Source: an uncultured Alphaproteobacteria bacterium (GTDB lineage: Bacteria > Pseudomonadota > Alphaproteobacteria > Rs-D84). Taken from it: a stretch of DNA of 64,000 bases. The number at the start of each line of letters is the position of its first letter. Positions within the stretch are counted from its first letter, which is position 1. This document shows, piece after piece, positions 44,321-51,878 of this stretch. A program made the translations under genes and the position numbers. The notes beneath the pieces are model-generated. The model did no database searches, was not told the DNA's origin, and saw only the letters and a list, made by a program, of their open reading frames with translations. The DNA lies in the NCBI GenBank assembly GCA_937903135.1, contig CALDAH010000008.1, forward strand, positions 1,515 to 65,514. Reading direction: 5' to 3'.

Positions 44321-45829
44321 ATGCCAAAGGTATTACTTGATACAAATATTATCATATACAGAGAAACGGATCGTATTTTGAATCCGAATACTCCTGATTT
44401 GTTTAATTGGTTAGATAGACTTCATTACGATAAGTATATTCATCCTATATCAGAGCAAGAAATTTCGCAATATGCTGATGTTCAGAAAAGAGAAGTAATT
44501 TTATCAAAACTAGGTTCATACAATAAATTGACGGTGCTTGCTCCACTGGCGGAACCAATCCAGAACTTACTAAGACATGACGGAGATGTAAATTCTCAAA
44601 ATGATACAAAAATCTTAAATGAATTATATTGTAGTAGAGTTGATATCTTCATAACAGAAGATCGGCAGTTATATAATAAAGCACGATGCTTAGGTGTTGC
44701 GGATAAAGTTTTTTCAATAGAAAGCTTTTCCGAAAAGATGTTATCTGAACATCCAGATTTGATAGACTACAATGTCTTGGCTGTTAGGAAAAAGAAAATT
44801 GGAGAACTTAATGTACATGATGAATTTTTTGATAGCTTGCGCGAAAGCTACGGTGGAATAGAGTTTGATAATTGGTTAAATAGAAAGTCTCAAGAAGACG
44901 CCTATGTTTGTTATTTAGGCGAAGATTTAAAAGCTTTTCTGTATCTAAAACAAGAAAATGAAGAAGAAAATTATTCTGATATAGATCCAATATTGCCACG
45001 CAAAAAGCGTTTAAAAATAGGAACTTTTAAGGTTGCTATGAATGGATTAAAGCTTGGAGAAAGATTCCTAAAAATAGCATTTGATAATGCTATTAACATG
45101 AACGTTGATGAAATTTACGTAACTATATTTGATTCTGATGCAAATGATTTACCAAAACAAGCATTGGTAAAGCAATTATGTGATTTTGGATTTTTCCGTT
45201 GGGGTACTAAGGGCAATGGTGAAGGGGTTTATGTTCGGAATATGTTACATGATTTCTGTCGTGATAAGCCAACTAAAACGTTTCCTTTTTTTAGCAAAAA
45301 TTCCGACACATATTTCTGTTCGATATATTCCGAGTATCATACATCTTTGTTCCCGGATTCAATATTGAATAATGAGTCTCCTTACGATTTTCAAGAAAAT
45401 AAACCATTTAGAAACGCTATTACAAAAGTGTATATCTCTCGAGCATTATTTCGAGGGTTACGAACTGGAGATAATATAGTGTTTTATCGTAATGGTGGTA
45501 TGTATGCCGGTGTAATAACAACAATAGGAATCGTGAACAATGTGTACCATCCACGAACATTAGAAGAATTTAAAAATTGTTGTAAACGTAGAACTATTTT
45601 TTCGGATGCAGAATTGGAAACTCAGTGGAATTACAATCAAAACAAACCTTTTGTTGTTGAATTTTTATACGCGTATTCTTTCCCTAGTCCTAAGGTTAAT
45701 CTAAAAACATTATATGATAAGGGTGTTTTTTGTGGCGATTTTCCGCGTGGTTTTGCACCGCTGTCTAAAGAACAATTTGAAACAATGTTGCGACTAACTA
45801 GAACAAGTACAAAATATATTGTTGAATAG
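44321..45829 (+). CDS. Multidomain protein: N-terminal PIN nuclease, central GNAT-like region, C-terminal PUA/EVE-like region
   Basis: PIN acidic residues (VLLDTNIIIY, SEQE, NDTKIL, FITEDRQL). The central LKIGTFKVAMNGLKLGERFLKIAFDNAI...IYVTIF resembles the GNAT beta4-alpha3 element. The C-terminal GDNIVFYRNGGMYAGVITTIGIV...PKVNLKTL...LSKEQFETM resembles EVE/PUA-like domains. The last two assignments are tentative. Confidence 0.55.
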   Translation: MPKVLLDTNIIIYRETDRILNPNTPDLFNWLDRLHYDKYIHPISEQEISQYADVQKREVILSKLGSYNKLTVLAPLAEPIQNLLRHDGDVNSQNDTKILNELYCSRVDIFITEDRQLYNKARCLGVADKVFSIESFSEKMLSEHPDLIDYNVLAVRKKKIGELNVHDEFFDSLRESYGGIEFDNWLNRKSQEDAYVCYLGEDLKAFLYLKQENEEENYSDIDPILPRKKRLKIGTFKVAMNGLKLGERFLKIAFDNAINMNVDEIYVTIFDSDANDLPKQALVKQLCDFGFFRWGTKGNGEGVYVRNMLHDFCRDKPTKTFPFFSKNSDTYFCSIYSEYHTSLFPDSILNNESPYDFQENKPFRNAITKVYISRALFRGLRTGDNIVFYRNGGMYAGVITTIGIVNNVYHPRTLEEFKNCCKRRTIFSDAELETQWNYNQNKPFVVEFLYAYSFPSPKVNLKTLYDKGVFCGDFPRGFAPLSKEQFETMLRLTRTSTKYIVE

Positions 45830-45833
45830 ATAT

Positions 45834-46889
45834 TTATAACTTTTCATACCATGCGGATTTGGTGCTGCCAAGTTTTTTCAAAATGCCGCGTTTAACCAGT
45901 GATTGAACGGATTTTTTTACTGTTTCCAGATTCTTGTCCAATGTGCGCGAGATGTCGGTCGCTGTCCAACGACTTTGCGTTTCAAACAGGTCTAAAATCG
46001 CCGTGGCGGTTGCCGACAGCTTTCCGTCGTTTGCCGCCATTGTCATTGCGATTTTTGATTCCAAATGTTGTTTTTGTTTGAATAACGAATTTACAAAGAA
46101 TGTCAGCCACGGCTCATAATCAACATTGGCCGTCCAAATGCCTTTCTGAGTGCCGCGCAGTGCCAGGTAATATGACGATTTGCTGGCCTCTATAATAGAT
46201 TCCATTGATGCATACGGCATATAACTGTACCCATGTTGCAACATCAACAATACGGTCAGGGCACGCGACATACGGCCGTTTCCATCCGTAAAGGGATGAA
46301 TGGCCAGAAAATGCACAATAAAGACCCCGATAACTATTATTGGGTGTAAATAGTCGTCCGCCAGATTGCGCCGGGCCCAATCAACCAGTTCGGTCATCAA
46401 CCGTGGCGTATCGAATGGTGTTGCGGTTTCAAATATAGAGCCGATTTCATTGCCATTGGCATCAAATGCCGCCACGCGGTTGGAATCTTTTTTATATTCG
46501 CCGCGATGACGCAAATCTTTGCCGGAATACCGCAACAATATTTTATGCAGTTGCTTTATGTAATTCTCGTTCAACGGAATTGTCGCGAAATCATCAAAAA
46601 TAGTATTGATTAGGTCGGCATAGCCAGCAACTTCCTCTTCATCCCGTGATTTGAAAGACGTCTTGTTGATGTTACGGAACAGCGTTTCAATCTGGGCGTC
46701 GGACATCTGATTGCCCTCTATACGATTGGATGATCCCACAGATTCAATCGTTGCGATACGGCGCATTGATTTTAACTGTGCGGGACGCAGGCGTACCAAA
46801 CCACCGTTCCAAGTGGCCTTGAAACTGTCTATCTCGCTGATTTTTTTCAGCATATCCGGTGTGATATGAATGTTGTTTATGTTTGGCAT
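45834..46889 (-). CDS. Fic-family protein (class II, intramolecular inhibitory helix) with C-terminal wHTH
   Basis: Active site HPFTDGNGRMSRAL and N-terminal SSNRIEGN ((S/T)xxxE(G/N) inhibitory motif). ATG 46889 is preceded by GGGGG. Confidence 0.85.
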   Translation of the reverse strand: MPNINNIHITPDMLKKISEIDSFKATWNGGLVRLRPAQLKSMRRIATIESVGSSNRIEGNQMSDAQIETLFRNINKTSFKSRDEEEVAGYADLINTIFDDFATIPLNENYIKQLHKILLRYSGKDLRHRGEYKKDSNRVAAFDANGNEIGSIFETATPFDTPRLMTELVDWARRNLADDYLHPIIVIGVFIVHFLAIHPFTDGNGRMSRALTVLLMLQHGYSYMPYASMESIIEASKSSYYLALRGTQKGIWTANVDYEPWLTFFVNSLFKQKQHLESKIAMTMAANDGKLSATATAILDLFETQSRWTATDISRTLDKNLETVKKSVQSLVKRGILKKLGSTKSAWYEKL

Positions 46890-46904
46890 GGCTGCCCCCA
46901 AAAT

Positions 46905-46953
46905 TTACCTAATTATTATTTCTATTACCTAATCTTACCTAAATGTTACCTAA
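46905..46953. repeat. Four phased TTACCTAA(T) direct repeats in the fic upstream region
   Basis: Copies begin at 46905, 46925, 46935 and 46946 (spacings 20, 10, 11 bp). Confidence 0.85.
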
Positions 46954-46984
46954 TTGTCCAGTGTTTTTACCAGATAATACAAGA

Positions 46985-47029
46985 TATCGCTAATTTGCGG
47001 GGTTGAAATTAGCGATATAATTAGCGATA
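46985..47029. repeat. ATTAGCGATA motif, three copies (one inverted, two direct)
   Basis: TATCGCTAAT at 46985-46994; ATTAGCGATA at 47008-47017 and 47020-47029. Confidence 0.8.
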
Positions 47030-47069
47030 AATGGGTGGGTATACCTTGGCAAGGCGGGGTGTGGGTTGT

Positions 47070-47236
47070 TCCCTGATGTGGGCGAGTAAAATCCCTGTTC
47101 CTGATATACAAGTTCCCTGTTATTTTTGTGGGGGATTTTGTGAAAGTGGCGGAAATACCAAAATTCGCTCGGCTTTGCCTGCGCGTATCCTCGTAATGGC
47201 AATAAATTGCCAACTCGGATTCCCTGTTAATCCCTG
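47070..47236. repeat. Five (A/T)TCCCTG(T/A) iteron-like repeats
   Basis: TCCCTG begins at 47070, 47092 and 47114 (22-bp spacing) and at 47221 and 47231 (10-bp spacing). Confidence 0.75.
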
Positions 47237-47415
47237 TATTTTGTTGTATGGCGTTTGCCGTAGAATCTTACCACACCGCCAGGAATATAGAGCATCCCAC
47301 GGCAACCCCGCGGGATGTTTATTTTGCCCCCGACAGCATACATTGCCCAACCCCCGATGGCGGTTTATATTGCTTTTTATCATAATTTAGAATATAATAA
47401 TCAGCATGAATAACG

Positions 47416-47466
47416 GCGACATTTTGTCGCTGTTTTTTTATTGTCCCGCCGACCGCGGGCTTTTTT
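47416..47466 (+). terminator. Two tandem hairpin + T-run terminator-like elements upstream of the MuF-toxin gene
   Basis: GCGAC-ATTTT-GTCGC then TGTTTTTTT; CCCGC-CGACC-GCGGG then CTTTTTT. Confidence 0.5.
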
Positions 47467-47487
47467 ATTTACCAAAAGGAATCACAA

Positions 47488-48616
47488 ATGAAAACACCAC
47501 AATTTTTAAGGGAAATGATGTCGTCGCCTGCGTATATGGATAAAAACAGTGACATTTATGCCATGGCTGAACGGTATCTAAAAATGTTCTATCCGGGTAT
47601 GGTCGGGATGGATGCAACAGGGCGAATGAAAGAACCCGAGTATGATATGACGCTGGAACAGTTTAACAAAGCTCAGGCAGATATGAATGCGGCTTTAGAA
47701 GAGGCAATATCGGATGCAGAATCTGAATATGAAAAAGAAACGGGCGAACCGGCAGAATTTGATAAATATATAGAATTAGAAGAAACCATAGATGTACGTG
47801 TACTGATGCCGGATGGTACAATAGAAAATAAACAGCTAGAGGTTTATACCCTTGATTTGCCAGAGGACGATGATGATACGCCAAACGGCAAACCGCGGCA
47901 TGTGTGGCGCTGGCACAGTGAAGATGGTGAAAACACCTGTTCCGCGTGTGCATCGCGTGATGGCGAAATATATGATAGCGCAGATGATATTCCGGAAATA
48001 CCGTTTCATCCCAACTGCCGCTGCAGAATAACAGAGGATGTAATAGACCCAGATGGTCGTACATTAAGCAGTAAACCGTATTCGCCAAAGAAACCGACGG
48101 CCACGCCCGAAACTGCGGCTAACACCCCAGCTGAAAAAGCAACATTTGAAAAGCCGGTTGATACCAAACCTGGTCAATACGCAGTTTTTGATGGAAAATC
48201 GTTGACCATTTATGACGATGGCGAAAAAGTTGCTGCATTTGCTGGGGTGTCCGGTAAGCCCGGATATCAATCTCCAGAATATCAAAATAAAAAATATACC
48301 GGGCCGATTCCAGAAGGAGTTTATGTAATAAGAAAAGACAGGTTGCAATTATACAAGGATATAGACAGGTGGGATAGACAACTTTCTGCATTGGGGCGCG
48401 GAACTTGGCGTGGGGGGGGCTTATTCTTGGGGTGAATCCAGAGTTTGGTTGGAGGCCGCTAAAGAAACAAATACCTATGGGCGCAGCGGTTTTAGTGTCC
48501 ATGGCGGAACAGAGCCGGGTTCTGCTGGATGCATTGATTTAACAGATCAGATGAGTGGCTTTACAAATTGGTTTGAAAATAATAAAAAAGATGTAATACT
48601 AAAAGTGGAATATTAA
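47488..48616 (+). pseudogene. MuF-domain polymorphic toxin with Tlde1/DUF2778 (YkuD-like) C-terminal domain, split by a frameshift at a G8 tract
   Basis: MuF signature WRWHSEDGENTCSACASRDGEIY...FHPNCRC; Tlde1-like GPIPEGVYVI and FSVHGG..PGSAGCIDL. Frame 1 stops at 48435 and frame 2 opens at 48410. A G7 tract instead of G8 (48412-48419) would fuse them into about 375 aa. Confidence 0.65.
48412..48419. repeat. G8 homopolymer at the frameshift point
   Basis: TGGCGTGGGGGGGGCTTA. Confidence 0.95.
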
Positions 48617-48630
48617 AAACGGAAATATAA

Positions 48631-48960
48631 ATGAAAAAATATTTAACCCCAATCATGGCATGTTCTGCCGCCGTTGCGTTTTGTGCGTTTTTAATATTTT
48701 TAATTGATTTGGCTATTTTTGGTCGCGGCGGAAAAGTTTGCGGAATATGGGAGAAGACATTTCAAGAATATGAAGGAACTAATCGCGGATTAGTATTAAT
48801 GGCGAACATGGACTTGTTATGTATTTTATTATCACTTGCTATATTTGGATTGCTGGTATTAGCATTATTTAAGCATTATGGGTATCGGGTTTTGTTATTA
48901 CCAATAGGGGGGCTGGTATTATTCTTTGCAATAGGTCACCGTTTCTTGTGTTTCATATGA
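48631..48960 (+). CDS. Small 3-TM membrane protein (candidate immunity protein, paralog A)
   Basis: Three hydrophobic helices. Shares helix-loop order and K.Y....LL.PI with the next ORF. Confidence 0.5.
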   Translation: MKKYLTPIMACSAAVAFCAFLIFLIDLAIFGRGGKVCGIWEKTFQEYEGTNRGLVLMANMDLLCILLSLAIFGLLVLALFKHYGYRVLLLPIGGLVLFFAIGHRFLCFI

Positions 48961-49271
48961 TGAATAAATATTTTGTTTTTATTGGCAGTATTGTGTCTCT
49001 GGCTCTGTTCTTATTCTTTTGGAATGATTTAGCTGGACTGCAAAGTAATGGGAAATGGGAGGGATTATTTTATTTCCTATGCGGGTATGATTGCCTGGTA
49101 TTGATAGATCGTATCGCAATGATATTTTCATTGGTAATTTTTATTCCATTTGCGATGGGGACTATAAAAAATTATAAATGGAAATTTCTGCTTGTGCCTA
49201 TATTAGCGTGTTTTTTATGGTTTATCATAATGATGCTGCATTTATGGATTGTATCCATATTTTTTATATGA
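48948..49271 (+). CDS. Small 3-TM membrane protein (candidate immunity protein, paralog B)
   Basis: Overlaps paralog A by 13 nt; same architecture (NGKWEG loop, KNYKWKFLLVPI). Confidence 0.5.
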   Translation: MFHMMNKYFVFIGSIVSLALFLFFWNDLAGLQSNGKWEGLFYFLCGYDCLVLIDRIAMIFSLVIFIPFAMGTIKNYKWKFLLVPILACFLWFIIMMLHLWIVSIFFI

Positions 49272-49290
49272 TGACATTAAAGTAATCTGG

Positions 49291-49716
49291 TTATAAATGT
49301 ACAATCTCAGTGTCGGTAAATTGTTCGGCGATATATTCGGCGGCGAGGCGGCGGTGGCATTGGACGGCTGATTTTTCTGTGCATAGCAGGCAGATGCGAT
49401 CAAGCGAGTCCGCGCTGCGCCCAGTGGTCGGGTGGCGTGTGGCTAATAATTCGCGGTACATCCGTTCGTATTCAGGCCATGTGATGCGACCATCTTTGTA
49501 TCCGCTCAAGATTTCAGTCGTTGGGGCGAATTCCGGGTGGTATTCGTATCGTTTGCCCAGCACCGCGGCCAAACTGTCGCCACTGTAAAACGGCACGTAT
49601 GTGCTGGTGCGCCATTGGCGTATGTCCCAGACCGTGCGCACACGCACCGCGTCTAATACATCTATAAACACATCCGGGCTTTTACCGCTGAAACCAATTG
49701 TGAATATCTTTGGCAT
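49291..49716 (-). CDS. DUF488-family protein
   Basis: IFTIGFSGKS...VWDIRQWRTS and ICLLCTEKSAVQCHRRLAAEYI match the DUF488 signature. Confidence 0.7.
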   Translation of the reverse strand: MPKIFTIGFSGKSPDVFIDVLDAVRVRTVWDIRQWRTSTYVPFYSGDSLAAVLGKRYEYHPEFAPTTEILSGYKDGRITWPEYERMYRELLATRHPTTGRSADSLDRICLLCTEKSAVQCHRRLAAEYIAEQFTDTEIVHL

Positions 49717-49912
49717 ATCAGTACAAAAATAGTCCGTTTAACATCAAATAGCAATTATTTTCCTGAATAAGAAATTTTCACGCACGCAACAGATTGTGCA
49801 AAATTATTTATATTACATATGTTATAGTTAGGCATATTTACGGATGCTATAAAGAATTATAAATCCCTCGACGTTGGTTCGCTGAATCATGCGCGGGGCC
49901 GGGGGATTATTT

Positions 49913-50305
49913 TTAGCGCGTCAGGCCCAATTCGCGCATTATCGGCAATAGATGTGGTGTCATTTCCGGATAGAATTTTTTCATCGTTGTATATGCGTCT
50001 AATGGCTTGTCGGATTTTGTAAGGCGGGCGCATTCCCAATCAATTATCATTTCAATATAGTCGCGCCGGGTTTTATTTTGTTTGTTTTCCACATGATGGC
50101 GATTGTGTGCACGGTGTTTTTTCTGAACCCATTTTTTATCACGTCTTGAAATCAGCGCCGCCGGATAGAGTAAAAGTAATTTATCCAAATCGTGCGTATA
50201 TCCGCGAAATGTATTGTGGCCAAGCAATTTGCGTTCAACTTTTAGAAATGCTAGTTTATGCTGCCATGTGTATTTTACAAATCTGGTAAAGTTTTTATAG
50301 TTCAT
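49913..50305 (-). CDS. Hypothetical His-rich protein (HDxxK / HRAHNRHH motifs, DUF5662-like)
   Basis: THDLDKL and KKHRAHNRHHVE. ATG 50305 forms an ATGA overlap with the upstream gene; the alternative ATG is at 50311. Confidence 0.45.
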   Translation of the reverse strand: MNYKNFTRFVKYTWQHKLAFLKVERKLLGHNTFRGYTHDLDKLLLLYPAALISRRDKKWVQKKHRAHNRHHVENKQNKTRRDYIEMIIDWECARLTKSDKPLDAYTTMKKFYPEMTPHLLPIMRELGLTR

Positions 50306-51030
50306 AGCCATGAATCCCCTGTTTTTGCGTTGTATGTATATATCTTGCCGGGGCGGTGTCCGCGGCATGTTGTTTTGTTCGGTATTTCGGTGCAGTATTT
50401 TATAATTTTCTTATGAAAATTAGACTTATCCACGTGCCGGCCCGATATAATTTCATATACCTGGCGGGTGGTTTCCAATGTAAATTCATTTGGCATAAAT
50501 TTTAATATTGTATCTGTATATTCCACGCGGTTGCGCAGATGTTTCCACGCGCATAAAATTTCAACCAACGTTTTATCAGTGTCAATATCAGATGCATTGG
50601 TTTCAAATGAATATTCCACCGCATAGGCGATTTTTTCATTTGTTCTGTATTTGTATACATCGCCACCGATTTTAATTTCGTTGTTTTGAATAGATATGTT
50701 TACCAGTTCATAGTCGGAATCAATTTGGGAAATCCGATCCCGGTTTATCAGCCCTAGGTGAATAATATCCACTTTGCCGTTGACACCTAAGTACTTTTTA
50801 TCGCCCAGGGCATATACCTGTTCCAGGGCGAATGAATCCGCGCCGATTATGCCGGATATTCTATGGCGTATCTGTTCCTTGATGTTGTCGGATGCATCGG
50901 CAACGACAGATGGTATTTCATGGCGATCGCGCCGCAACAAAATTTTTATATTTTGTATATCGTTTTTGCGGATATCCGGATTCTGGGTCGTTTCCAGTAC
51001 CAGCATAACGCACGTTAAATTTACAATCAT
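50302..51030 (-). CDS. NrtR-like protein (degenerate Nudix-like N-terminus + C-terminal winged helix)
   Basis: The C-terminus FMPNEFTLETTRQVYEIISGRHVDKSNFHKKI...RGHRPGKIYTY follows the NrtR wHTH pattern. No intact Nudix box was seen. Confidence 0.5.
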   Translation of the reverse strand: MIVNLTCVMLVLETTQNPDIRKNDIQNIKILLRRDRHEIPSVVADASDNIKEQIRHRISGIIGADSFALEQVYALGDKKYLGVNGKVDIIHLGLINRDRISQIDSDYELVNISIQNNEIKIGGDVYKYRTNEKIAYAVEYSFETNASDIDTDKTLVEILCAWKHLRNRVEYTDTILKFMPNEFTLETTRQVYEIISGRHVDKSNFHKKIIKYCTEIPNKTTCRGHRPGKIYTYNAKTGDSWL

Positions 51031-51064
51031 CGCGTTTTACTTTTTTGGGTCAATTGGCTTGTGG

Positions 51065-51078
51065 TATAGTATACTATA
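51065..51078. promoter_or_regulatory. 14-bp perfect palindrome in the divergent promoter region
   Basis: TATAGTATACTATA, 35 bp upstream of the NrtR-like gene start. Confidence 0.45.
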
Positions 51079-51180
51079 AGTGTGGTTTGGTCAAGGGATT
51101 TTTTCACGACATTTAGCATTTGAGTTATGGCAATAAAATTTTGATTATGAGCCGTTCCCGGGGCGGGGAAAATAAATTGC

Positions 51181-51741
51181 ATGGTAATGAAAAAATATAT
51201 AAAATTAAAAAAAATCAGGACAGATATGGCGACATACAATAATGATAAATTTCCTGTAAAACGTATTGGAAATGAACGTAACCCGGAAATAATAATTCTT
51301 TTAAGTAACCCGGCGGGGAATCCTGAAAAAAGTAAACAATTTCCTGAATATACTATGTCGCGTGATGGCGGGTATAGTGAGATTGGGATGGATTTAAAAA
51401 TTTTTCGCGAATACTGCCAATGGTGGGATCGGTTGCTGACCGTAACGGATGATTTTGATATATCCCCCAGCAGCGTTTTAGCGATTGAATATTATCCATA
51501 CCACACGACGTCATCAAATGAAATACCACCGCGTTGTAATTGGACAAAATTTGCGGCAGCGGCGTTGGATGAAAACATAAAAATAATAAAAAAATTTCAA
51601 GCGCGCGGCATACCGGTTTTCGGATATTATTGGGGCGAATGGCAGTGGCTTATTGACGGTTTCTATAAAAGTTTACCATGTCGCGGCCCGTATGGAAAGA
51701 TGGCAGAGCTGGAAAAATTTTTAAAAAAATATATTAAATAA
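51181..51741 (+). CDS. Hypothetical protein (possible UDG-superfamily-like fold, very tentative)
   Basis: IIILLSNPAGNP and YYPYHT are vaguely reminiscent of UDG/MUG motifs A and B. The start may be an internal ATG. Confidence 0.3.
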   Translation: MVMKKYIKLKKIRTDMATYNNDKFPVKRIGNERNPEIIILLSNPAGNPEKSKQFPEYTMSRDGGYSEIGMDLKIFREYCQWWDRLLTVTDDFDISPSSVLAIEYYPYHTTSSNEIPPRCNWTKFAAAALDENIKIIKKFQARGIPVFGYYWGEWQWLIDGFYKSLPCRGPYGKMAELEKFLKKYIK

Positions 51742-51878
51742 CTATCGGCATTTTATCGTAAACCCATCAGTACGCGTTTTGGGTGTTTTATATGCTAAGG
51801 GGCGTAATTATTTCACAATTATGTACTTGTTTTTTTATGACAAATTGTTAAAAATAAGCGTATTAAAATTATTAAATT

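Noticed and set aside
47031-47390. 119-aa plus-strand ORF and overlapping 87-aa and 70-aa minus-strand ORFs between fic and the MuF-toxin gene
   Set aside because: The amino-acid composition is not protein-like (Cys/Arg/Pro-rich, no motifs). The ORFs overlap each other, and the region is filled with short phased DNA repeats. It was treated as non-coding regulatory, origin-like or RNA sequence.
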